Assembly (NCBI GenBank): GCA_964577145.1 | Contig: CAZNXM010000006.1 | Location: 878 to 64,877 of the forward strand | DNA from: an uncultured Candidatus Poseidoniales archaeon | Lineage (GTDB): Archaea > Thermoplasmatota > Poseidoniia > Poseidoniales > Poseidoniaceae | Length of the DNA: 64,000 nt | Direction: 5' to 3' | The notes under the pieces: generated by a model | Seen by the model: only the letters and a program-made list of their open reading frames with translations | Databases searched by the model: none | Told to the model about the DNA's origin: nothing | Made by a program: the position numbers and the translations under genes | Shown: piece by piece, positions 38,555 through 47,800 of the stretch | How the letters are laid out: each line of letters opens with the position of its first letter | Position numbering within the stretch: the stretch's first letter is position 1

Positions 38555-39372
38555 GTCAACTTTTCGACCTTTCAAAGGCGATAATGTATGAGAGAATTCG
38601 TGCAGGCAGAATGATGGTGATTTGGCCACTTCTTGCAATGTTCATCCTCTTTAGTACATGGGGATTATCAGACCCCAAGGCAAATCTTCCTTCTGGCCTA
38701 GTGATTGATTCAGCATACGATGTAATGTACGCCTCAACAGCATTCATCATTTTCTCTGCAACAATGGGGGCTGTTTTGGTTTCCTTTGACGGAATTAGTA
38801 GAGACCGTATTTCAGGAGTACTTGAAGTCAAACTCTCCCAGCCGATTAACAGAAAGGTGCTTGCTAGGTCAATGGTTATCGGTCATTGGGCAGCGATTGC
38901 AATACCGGTTATTGTTCTTAACATTCTATCTTTGTTCATAATTTGGTACCGAATGAATTCAGTTCCAAATCTTGATGAGTTATTCATTCATTTCCTCGCC
39001 AATTGCCTTCTCTTACTATGGTACACATCGATTCAATTACTCGCTTCTTCTTGGGCTAGAGATATGGGTTCATCTATGGCTGTCGGACTTGGAACTTGGA
39101 TGATTTTTACCCTACTTTGGTTAGTCCTGACCACCCTTGTAGCAGGCCTAATGGGCATCGAAATTGCGGACCTCACATCTCCTGAATACCTTAGGATTGA
39201 AGCCATGGTGGATTTATTTTCACCAAATGGTGTATATCACCACATGTTGGAATGGCCACTTGCAGAAAGTGGCAGACATATGCACCCAGGTATGACTTCT
39301 CTAGCAGCCATTATCTGGAGTGTTCTCCCGGTGTACCTTTTCACAGTAAGAATGGACAAACTCACTCCATGA
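38551..39372 (+). CDS. ABC-2-type permease
   Basis: DGISRDRISGVLEVKLSQPINR motif, multiple TM segments, ATGA coupling to the ATPase. Confidence 0.85.
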   Translation: MSQLFDLSKAIMYERIRAGRMMVIWPLLAMFILFSTWGLSDPKANLPSGLVIDSAYDVMYASTAFIIFSATMGAVLVSFDGISRDRISGVLEVKLSQPINRKVLARSMVIGHWAAIAIPVIVLNILSLFIIWYRMNSVPNLDELFIHFLANCLLLLWYTSIQLLASSWARDMGSSMAVGLGTWMIFTLLWLVLTTLVAGLMGIEIADLTSPEYLRIEAMVDLFSPNGVYHHMLEWPLAESGRHMHPGMTSLAAIIWSVLPVYLFTVRMDKLTP

Positions 39373-39393
39373 GCCGAAACACACTAAGGGGTC

Positions 39394-39410
39394 TCTGCCC
39401 GTAGGGCAGA
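39394..39410. promoter_or_regulatory. Perfect inverted repeat TCTGCCC-GTA-GGGCAGA just before start 39413
   Basis: 7-bp arms with a GTA triloop, between CTAAGGG (29 nt upstream of the ATG) and the ATG. Confidence 0.55.
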
Positions 39411-39412
39411 AT

Positions 39413-41299
39413 ATGAGGAGAAGCCTAACGGCCTTCATTTTGGCTATTTTGATTAGCACAGTATCCCTTACTGGGATGAGCAGCGCTGAGACTAGTGGAC
39501 GACAACTTAGCGATGTCGACTGTTCTGGTTATACATTTGAAGATCTATTTGATTACAATCATGCAAACTTCGATATCGAGATTCTTTCCGATTGGGCAAG
39601 TGCTGAAATTTATGCTAATTCATGGGTAAATGACAGCAAAGCTGCTATTGTTAGAGAGAACATTGACGGATTATTCGATGGCGTACCAGGCGGCAATAAC
39701 TCATGGCTATCTACCGATGAAAGAGAAGCGGTAAGAGAAATTGGCCCCAAATGTATCGCTGATATGGACACGAGGTTAGGACTGAGAGAAGGAGTGGCAC
39801 ATCGTGGTGGAGTTGATTGGAATGACCTTGAATTTGTTGAGGATGGTATCGCTCTAGATGAAATTAATTTGGTTCCTGAAGAACATTCTGAAGAACGCCA
39901 GTGCCAGAATATGTTCGCAAGTTCTGATTGCCGAGAAGTACCGGTCACTGCTACTGATAATCTTGAAATCTCAATGTTCCTCAAAGAAGGTGAAACCAAC
40001 AATATGCGTTTCAACCAATTACCTAATTCGGGACAGAGTAACTTCACCCTCGCACTTAATGCAACCAACATGACTCATGCTCGCCTTGAATTTACATTCC
40101 CGGCAGTTGAAGGACTTCGTATGGCAGAATACGATGTTCAAGATGATGGGGTTTCAAATCCCAATGCTGCTATGGTTTCTGAACTTCATTTACCTGATGG
40201 TCGCTTGAAAATTATTCTCGATGTCGACTACGACAAAACAGATTGGCCTATGGGAAGAAACCTATTCATCGACCTGACTACAATGCCTCCAGATACTAAT
40301 GAAGCGCCTGTTTGGGGCACTGCTGCACCAACAGACGACACGGTATTCCCAATGTTTGTCCAAGGCAGTGAGGAACTAATTGTAATGGGGGCTGATTTGG
40401 CAGACTGGGCGAGTGACGACAATGGTTGGAGCCTAGATTGCACATTCGATGAGACTGGATGGTCTAGTAGGATGAATGGAGATGGTGACCTCCTAGCAAT
40501 TGCTGGAACCAGTGAGTCTAGTACCGCAACATGTTCGCTTGTAGACCCATATGGGGAGAATGCTGATTCGACTCGAACCTGGCGATTCGGACAACCACTA
40601 TCGTTCAGTGCGACCGAAGGAACCTATGGGGATTCGGTCGAAATTGAAGTAAATCCTACTCTACTAGTTCAGAGTATTTCCCTTGATTTAGCAGCAACTC
40701 AGAGTGGAACTGATGGCCCTTCGAGTGGATTAAACCTCGGCTCTTCAATGGCGACTTCAACACTTAGCCTCTCTGGAATGACCCCCGGTTCATTCGAAGT
40801 CCACCTAACTGCTACAGCTGATGGAATGCTTGACTGGAATGCATACATCGATCTCGGACTCATGAAAGAAAATACCCCTCCTGTGATTAGCATTAATTCA
40901 TTAATAGATGATACAAATGCAACTTGGTCTGCTGATTACTTATCATTCTCTCTAAGTGGTAGTGTTATTGACCCCGATGGTGGAGATGTTAGTCTAACTG
41001 CAATAATGTGTGGAGATAGTACAACTGGATTCAGCCAAAGTGGAGTTTCTTGGGATGTATCCCTTTCAGTTGCTGCTTGCTTTACTCAAGATAACGTAGA
41101 TTATACCGTCGAAATTCATGCTCAAGATTCAGATGGAGCGACTGCGATTCTAGTGGTAAATGTGGATGACCCACTCGAAACTGATGAGCCAGATATTATC
41201 GTCGACCTTGTAGAAGATGAAAGTGGGTTACCGGCTCTCAGTATGATTGCAACTATCGTTTGTATGCTAGGAGCGGCACTAATTGCGCGCAGAGATTGA
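39413..41299 (+). CDS. Secreted surface protein with Ig/cadherin-like domains and C-terminal sorting signal
   Basis: Signal peptide; NEAP, NTPP..DPDG, A.DSDG; C-terminus LPALSMIATIVCMLGAALIARRD. Confidence 0.8.
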   Translation: MRRSLTAFILAILISTVSLTGMSSAETSGRQLSDVDCSGYTFEDLFDYNHANFDIEILSDWASAEIYANSWVNDSKAAIVRENIDGLFDGVPGGNNSWLSTDEREAVREIGPKCIADMDTRLGLREGVAHRGGVDWNDLEFVEDGIALDEINLVPEEHSEERQCQNMFASSDCREVPVTATDNLEISMFLKEGETNNMRFNQLPNSGQSNFTLALNATNMTHARLEFTFPAVEGLRMAEYDVQDDGVSNPNAAMVSELHLPDGRLKIILDVDYDKTDWPMGRNLFIDLTTMPPDTNEAPVWGTAAPTDDTVFPMFVQGSEELIVMGADLADWASDDNGWSLDCTFDETGWSSRMNGDGDLLAIAGTSESSTATCSLVDPYGENADSTRTWRFGQPLSFSATEGTYGDSVEIEVNPTLLVQSISLDLAATQSGTDGPSSGLNLGSSMATSTLSLSGMTPGSFEVHLTATADGMLDWNAYIDLGLMKENTPPVISINSLIDDTNATWSADYLSFSLSGSVIDPDGGDVSLTAIMCGDSTTGFSQSGVSWDVSLSVAACFTQDNVDYTVEIHAQDSDGATAILVVNVDDPLETDEPDIIVDLVEDESGLPALSMIATIVCMLGAALIARRD

Positions 41300-41336
41300 A
41301 CCGGCATCATGAAAAGTGGAACCTAGAGGGCAGGTT

Positions 41337-42503
41337 ATGTTCAAAGGGACGGTCGAGAGGGTCAGCCACGAAGGTGGTTTGCTCGTTAGCTACAGCGGCT
41401 CATGTCCAGCCCTGGGTTCAGTCATGGTCGATGGAAGTGAGAAATATGTCGGCAAAGTCGATGGAGTAATCGGCAACCTAGACAATTCACTTGTCCATAT
41501 CGCCCACTTGGATCGCAAGGCTAATGCAAATTCCTTAGTAGGGGCTGAAATCACAATTCGCCCTCGCCGTCAAAGAGATGACAGGCGACCTGCAAGAGAT
41601 GACAGACGAGGACGAGACGATCGAAGAGGACGTGATGACCGTCGTGGTCGTGATAACAATCGTGACGGGGGTTACAATAATGATTGGGATTGCCCCAAGT
41701 GCAACAACTCAAATTTCTCTTTCCGTACAGAATGCAATCGCTGTGGAGAATCCAAAGGCGGAGGTGGAGGAGGACGTGGACGTGACGACCGAAGAGGACG
41801 TGACGACAATAGAGGCCGAGACGAACGACGTGGCAGAGATTCCGGCCGTGGTGAAGACTGGTTGTGTCGCGATTGCGGCAATATCAACTATGCAAGTAGA
41901 AGTGAATGCAATCGCTGTCAGAAACCTAAGAGTGAACGAGATTCTAGACCTGAGCGTCGTGAAAGGCGAGATGACCGTCGTGGACGAGACGATAACCGTG
42001 GTAGAGATGGACGAAGAGGTCGTGATGATAATCGTGACAAAGGTCATTTCACCAACAATGATTGGGATTGCCCCAAGTGCAACAACTCAAATTTCTCTTT
42101 CCGTACAGAATGCAATCGCTGTGGAGAATCCAAAGGCGGAGGTGGCGGAGGACGTGGTCGTGATGATAACCGCGGTAGAGATGACCGTAGAGGTCGCGAT
42201 GACCGACGCGGACGTGACGACCGTAGAGGACGAGATGACCGACGTGGACGTGACGACCGTAGAGGACGAGATGACCGACGTGGACGTGACGACCGTAGAG
42301 AACCTCAGAAAAGAGCTGGAGATTGGGATTGTCCTAAATGCCGAAAGAACAACTTCGCAAGCAGGGATGAATGTTTCAGTTGCGGTACCTCCAAGCGAGT
42401 AGGTGGCCCTAGACAAAAGGGGCACCACTTCTCACGAGACCCATCGCCACTCCGTTCACAGAGATACGGTAAGGGCGATGGAGGCAGAAATGATGAACGC
42501 TGA
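41337..42503 (+). CDS. Gar1/Naf1-like domain fused to four RanBP2-type zinc fingers and Arg/Asp/Gly repeats
   Basis: N-terminus G.V..VSHEGGLLV....PALGSVMVD....VGKVDGVIG.....VHI resembles archaeal Gar1; four W-x-C-x2-C-x3-N-x6-C-x2-C fingers; many RGRDDR units. Confidence 0.8.
   Translation: MFKGTVERVSHEGGLLVSYSGSCPALGSVMVDGSEKYVGKVDGVIGNLDNSLVHIAHLDRKANANSLVGAEITIRPRRQRDDRRPARDDRRGRDDRRGRDDRRGRDNNRDGGYNNDWDCPKCNNSNFSFRTECNRCGESKGGGGGGRGRDDRRGRDDNRGRDERRGRDSGRGEDWLCRDCGNINYASRSECNRCQKPKSERDSRPERRERRDDRRGRDDNRGRDGRRGRDDNRDKGHFTNNDWDCPKCNNSNFSFRTECNRCGESKGGGGGGRGRDDNRGRDDRRGRDDRRGRDDRRGRDDRRGRDDRRGRDDRRGRDDRREPQKRAGDWDCPKCRKNNFASRDECFSCGTSKRVGGPRQKGHHFSRDPSPLRSQRYGKGDGGRNDER
41679..42145 (+). 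repeat. Exact 89-bp direct repeat (41679-41767 and 42057-42145) encoding zinc fingers 1 and 3
   Basis: Base-by-base identical: aatgattgggattgccccaagtgc...tccaaaggcggaggtgg. Confidence 0.9.
42210..42300 (+). repeat. 36-bp tandem repeat, about 2.5 copies, encoding (GRDDRR)2
   Basis: ggacgtgacgaccgtagaggacgagatgaccgacgt is repeated exactly. Confidence 0.85.
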
Positions 42504-43527
42504 AGACCATTATCTCGATGCAATTGCTGCAGAAGATGAAGGTGATGTTGAAGGTGCTCTCAAGTCGGCTAGAGCAGCCGTAAAGGCTGACCCTGCTCAT
42601 GCTGAATCTTGGTGGATGATTTCTAGTCTAGAATTATCTGATACGTCACAAGCAGACCTAGGTCGAGCATCTAGGTCCTTGACCGCGTGCAGAAAAGTAG
42701 TCGCTCTGGAACCATCAAGAGTAGATGCTTGGGTTAGAGGTGGTCGCCTAATGGCAGACGAACTTGGGTTGTATGAGGATGCACTCTTCTGGTGGCAAGA
42801 ATGTCGTGAAGTTGCGCCATTTGAATCTGTACCACTCGTCGAACAAGCTGCTATTCTTACCGATATGGGGTTCTATGACAAGGCAATGGATCGCTTAGCA
42901 GCAATTCAGGAAGAAAACCTCGATGTTGGCACCGCTCAATTCACTAGAATTAGTAGATTGCATGCATTGGTTTCAAAGGCAGCAGAACAAGACAAGGGTA
43001 ATCACTTCCGCCCTTGGGAGAGAAATCACAATGGATGGAGTGCCATTCATTCAAGGAGAAACAAAGGCCCGGTATCTGAAAATTTGATTTTTATGATGAC
43101 TACCGTACCATTTCTGATGATGGAAGTTTTCATTTCTAGGGCATTATTCGGCGATGGCTGGACTGGTTTTTGCCTAACATCTATCATGATTCTAATCACT
43201 GTTATCATGGGCATGAGGTTTACTCGTGGATTGTTCCAAAAGGTGAACAGACCAGCATTTAATCTCCTTAGAGCAATGGATTTTGAGGCGAGTACTGCAA
43301 AATTGGTCATTCCAGATGATGTACGGGATTCTCGGCTCTACCTTTTCCTCGTAGGTAGAAGAGCACGTGCATATCAAGAAAGATATTCCAAGATTGTCCT
43401 AGCAGGAAAAACCCTACCGCGAAATTGGAAACCTAGGTTCCCTGACTTCGATTCTCACCTAGATGATATCGGAATAATCGAAGATGATGATGATTCCAAT
43501 GAACTCCCTGGATTTGAGGAAGAGTGA
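42490..43527 (+). CDS. TPR-repeat protein with two TM helices
   Basis: A...DP.HAESW and LEP.RVDAWV..G..LG.YEDAL TPR patterns; overlaps the upstream gene's stop. Confidence 0.8.
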   Translation: MMNAEDHYLDAIAAEDEGDVEGALKSARAAVKADPAHAESWWMISSLELSDTSQADLGRASRSLTACRKVVALEPSRVDAWVRGGRLMADELGLYEDALFWWQECREVAPFESVPLVEQAAILTDMGFYDKAMDRLAAIQEENLDVGTAQFTRISRLHALVSKAAEQDKGNHFRPWERNHNGWSAIHSRRNKGPVSENLIFMMTTVPFLMMEVFISRALFGDGWTGFCLTSIMILITVIMGMRFTRGLFQKVNRPAFNLLRAMDFEASTAKLVIPDDVRDSRLYLFLVGRRARAYQERYSKIVLAGKTLPRNWKPRFPDFDSHLDDIGIIEDDDDSNELPGFEEE

Positions 43528-43530
43528 ATC

Positions 43531-44796
43531 TCAAGTTCCGGCTGTATAGTCGGTTAGGTAGGCGATTTGTTCGGCGGTAAGTTCGTCGATTCCAAAACCC
43601 AAAGTAGCCAATTTGGTATTGGCGAGGTCTTGGTCTTGTTCAAGGCTGATGTCATGTACAATTGGTGCCATTCCAGTACCTTCTGCTGCAAGACGACACA
43701 GAGAAAGGAATTGGTTTGCAAAACTCATGTCCATTACCTCGGAAGGATGGCCTTCTGCTGCTGCAAGATTGACCAAACGGCCATCAGCCAATAAGAAAAT
43801 ACGCCTCCCATCTGCCATTGTATACTCATCATTCTCAGGCCTGATATTACGCATTGATACTGCTTGAGACTTCAGTTGCTCGATATTAATCTCACAATCA
43901 TAATGACCAGTATTAGCGATAATTGCCCCGTCCTTCATCGAATCAAAATGGCGGTTTACGAGGATATCTTTCATACCTGTAGCGGTACAGAAAATATCAC
44001 CTAATGGGGCTGCATCATCCATTTTCATGACTCTAAATCCATCCATCACTGCTCTGAGTGCCGGTAGTGGGTCCACTTCAGTAATGATGACATTGGCACC
44101 CATCCCTTTCGCTCTCATGGCAAGACCACTTCCACAGTGGCCATATCCACCTACAACGAAAGTCTTCCCAGCGATTAGTACTGAGGTTGCACGAATTATT
44201 CCATCAAGAGTAGATTGTCCTGTCCCGTAGATATTATCGAAATCCCACTTAGTTATTGCATCATTAACTGCAATCACTGGATAGAGAAGGTCACCTGCAT
44301 CACCCATTGCTCTCAATCGATGAACGCCGGTTGTTGTCTCCTCCGTACCACCTATCACTCCATCAGCGAACTCTTTCTTTTCGCCGTGCACTCGCACGAT
44401 TAAATCTGCGCCATCATCCAAAGTAAGAGTTGGTTTGAATTCTAGAGTACGGTCAATGCACCAGTAGAAATCCTCAACCGACTGGCCGTGCCAAGCGAAA
44501 ACTGAGTATCCTTCACGAGCAAGCCAAGCAGCAACATCGTCTTGAGTTGAAAGGGGATTGCAACCCGACCAGGAGATTTTGGCACCTGCTGCTTCTATTG
44601 TCTCGATCAATACTGCTGTTTCCTTGGTAACATGAAGACAACCGGCTACTCTCATACCCTCGAGAGGGCGGTTCTTTTCCGCTTCATCACGTAATGCTGC
44701 AAGAACAGGCATCCTTGAACGAGCCCAGTCAACCCGTAATGCACCTTGATCAGCTAGGCTGATATCGGCCACGGTGTAGTTCTCACCCTCGTCCAT
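43531..44796 (-). CDS. ahcY: Adenosylhomocysteinase
   Basis: MPVL, GCLHVTKET, CNPLSTQD, LDDGADL, EETTTG, FDNIYGTGQS, GRLVNLAAAEGHP. Confidence 0.97.
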   Translation of the reverse strand: MDEGENYTVADISLADQGALRVDWARSRMPVLAALRDEAEKNRPLEGMRVAGCLHVTKETAVLIETIEAAGAKISWSGCNPLSTQDDVAAWLAREGYSVFAWHGQSVEDFYWCIDRTLEFKPTLTLDDGADLIVRVHGEKKEFADGVIGGTEETTTGVHRLRAMGDAGDLLYPVIAVNDAITKWDFDNIYGTGQSTLDGIIRATSVLIAGKTFVVGGYGHCGSGLAMRAKGMGANVIITEVDPLPALRAVMDGFRVMKMDDAAPLGDIFCTATGMKDILVNRHFDSMKDGAIIANTGHYDCEINIEQLKSQAVSMRNIRPENDEYTMADGRRIFLLADGRLVNLAAAEGHPSEVMDMSFANQFLSLCRLAAEGTGMAPIVHDISLEQDQDLANTKLATLGFGIDELTAEQIAYLTDYTAGT

Positions 44797-44845
44797 GGAA
44801 TGGGCGCTGTGACCACTGTTCATAGGTCAATCGGTTGAGTGGCCA

Positions 44846-44867
44846 CTCCGGCCCTTACGGGCCGGAG
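44846..44867 (-). terminator. GC-rich hairpin CTCCGGCCC-GTAA-GGGCCGGAG between giant gene and ahcY
   Basis: 9-bp perfect stem with a GNRA loop on the minus strand, 25 nt after the upstream gene's stop; no clear U-tract. Confidence 0.4.
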
Positions 44868-44892
44868 CGCTCAAACACAGAAGTGAGACTCA

Positions 44893-47800
44893 CTACTGTT
44901 GCTGGAAATGCCCAGCATATTGCTGGGCATAAGCCCGCGCCGTTTCTTCTGGGTATCCCTGTGCGATTAACTGCTGCACATACTGTTCCATTGGGTCCAT
45001 TTGTGCGACTCCACCATATCCTGCTGCTGCTGTCGCATTGAAATCCTTAACAGTATCATCCTCATCACTTCCGCCTCTTAAGACGAAGAATAATGATAAT
45101 ATGACTACAAGAAGTAGACCAACACCAATCGATGCATACATAATCATGTCACTGTTATCGCCAGAAGTAGGATCTTCAGTCTTCGGTTCAGTAAAGGTAC
45201 CATCACCTGGATTGAATGTGTATTCTCCTTCCCACTCACAAGCATCATTTGCCCAAACCCAGCGTCCTTCAGGATCCTCTGCAAGAACCTCAACTGGAAC
45301 TTCCAAACCTTGGCATGCTGGTAGGTGAATAATGAGATACTTCTCTACAGGCCAGCGCTTGTCATCGCCTTCATAGATTAGCAAGTATATCTCCTGCGTA
45401 GAGGTTTCATTGGTGTATAGGTCAGAGATGGTTAGAGTAAGGTCAAATCCATCTTCATCACCAAGTTTGTCTGACTTTGCCCAACTTCCCTCGAGTTGCA
45501 TGTTATACTTTGCAACTGCAGACTGTTCGAATGCCTCTGAACTCAGTGCTGCTTCGACATAGACATCTCCTTGCTCAGCACCCGAAAGTACTGTTCCAGA
45601 GATAGTAATGGTATCAGAAGTGACTTGGCTACCATTGACTGATAGGTCGATTTGAACCACTGGTTCTTCATCCCCGAATCCTTCTGGTACTACTGAGAAA
45701 TACATACGGTATTTCTCGCTAGACTTTCCAGCCTTATCGAATACGACTAATTCGATACGGATTAGAGATTCTGTCTGTCCACTTGCGTCTACAGTTACAT
45801 TCTGGAAAGTGTATGCCCATGCACCATCAGAAGATGATGGCTTGGTGAATACGTGACCTTCGAGATCGAAGTTGTCATCGCCATATGGGGCATCAAAGAG
45901 TACTGTCCACTCATAGGTGTCGATTCCATTTCCATCTAAGGCATCTGCATCAGAGGATTCGGATGCATCGAAGTGGATGACAACCTCTCCATCCTCATCA
46001 AGGTGAATTCGGTTTACCGGCCAATCTGTGTCAGATACTGTCTTAGTACCACGGTTCTCAATTTGGTCTTGGTATTCTTCACGCATGTCGATAACAACAT
46101 CTGCAACTGGTCGGTGCTCATCAGCCCGCACATCGTCGGTCATGACAGTGACGGAAATTGAGCGCCCGTGTCCAGCAGCATCGTGTAAGTAAAGTGTGAT
46201 ATCCCAAGTTGCACCCTGAAGACATCCAGTTGCTGAAGATAGGTCGACCTTACAGAAAGTAGAGGTCGGGCTCATCTCATCGGTATGGTCGGTACCACTT
46301 GCCATTGAAGCTCCAAGCCAATCGGTTGGACCGCTGATTACCCAATCGGTCGAAAGTGGCTCAGATGTAGCGGTAGTGTATCCAAAGGTTACCTGTGAAT
46401 CACTCTTCATGTAATGGTAAGAATATCCACCAGTCGAAGGGTCGAGAGTTGGAACCTCTCCATTGATTGTGAGGTCTAGTCCGTTTCCTAGAGTACCAAA
46501 GCCCTGAGGGTATTGGCTAACCTGGTAAGATAGCATGTTACCCAATAATGGGAAAGTAGCACTGTCAGCACGCTCTGAAACTCCTGCAACATCGATTGTG
46601 GTGACAATCATTCCACCGTCAACATAACTGCATGTTGCAAGCACAGTATCCTGTGGCTCTGCTTCAGACTGAATAAGGCGCTGGAATCCACCGCCATTCT
46701 CTGAATATCCATTACATGCGGATGGGATAGAAGTTGCTGCAACACTCTTGGTGTTGAGTACTGCTTCTGTCACTGTTCCGTATTGGTCGAAGCCTTGGAA
46801 GGCTGCTAGGTCTACTCCGTCAAGAATTGGATGGTATGCATCTGCAACATCCATGTTGTTGTATGTAACACGGGTTTCAGGAGTGTTTCTAGGTTGTACA
46901 TCCATGTCGAATGGAAGTAGGCTAGATCCAGTACTGCTACTAAACTCGTAATAATCGGTAGATGTTCCAAGATGAACCTGTACAGTTCCACCTGAAGACA
47001 TGAAGTTCTTCAGAGTGGTCTTATGACTTGAGATACCCAACTTCTCGTAGTATCCCTTGCCTCCTGCATCAGAAGGTTTTGCGGTGTTGACATCTTGAAT
47101 TGGCATCAGAACCTTGTCATAATGAGTTAGCCATCCAGTCTCTAGATAATCATCCCAGTCGTTGATATCGAACTGAGTATAACTCATATCGAGGAGAACC
47201 AGATCCTCCTTGATTGACTGAGTACGCGATGTATCACCGGACAGTATTGCGACATCAACCATGTCAGCGAAGCCAGCATGGAAGAATCTCTCATTTCCAG
47301 ACATGTCACCATTTGGTAAGGTTGCATGATAGGTTATGTTGTATGTGTGGCCATCTTGCCAACCATTCCATGGTGTGAATGAGACCATGGTCCTCTCATG
47401 AGGCCCAAGGACCTGTGAGGGTCCAGCAGTCGTAGTATGAACTTGGCTACCATCTGCAAGGTCGTTGATGGTCATGTGGAAGGTGTAATCACCTTGTAAG
47501 ACACCATTGGTTGCAGAAAGTCCCCAATCATGGGTTAGTACGCTATCGATTGGTAGCACACAATCTAGAACCACATCGGAAAGACAAGAAATCTGGTCTG
47601 GCTTTCCAAGTGTAATATCTACGCTTTCAACCGAGAAGATAACTCGTGCTAGGTTATTTGCAACAGATATCTCTTGGTGGCCATACCATGAGGTTCCAGC
47701 AGTTGTATTATCGAAGAGTGTCTCGATTTCAATCTTGTAAACACCAGAAACGAAATCGTGGTCTGAAATTGCTATTGTTCGGTTTTCCTCTGCATCTAGG

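Noticed and set aside
42160-42300. Tandem repeats as a possible CRISPR array
   Set aside because: No unique spacers, repeats are in-frame coding, and there are no cas genes.
41578-42402. 274-aa alternative-frame ORF and antisense ORFs over the zinc-finger gene
   Set aside because: Shadow frames of low-complexity repeats; the 41337 frame holds the Cys motifs.
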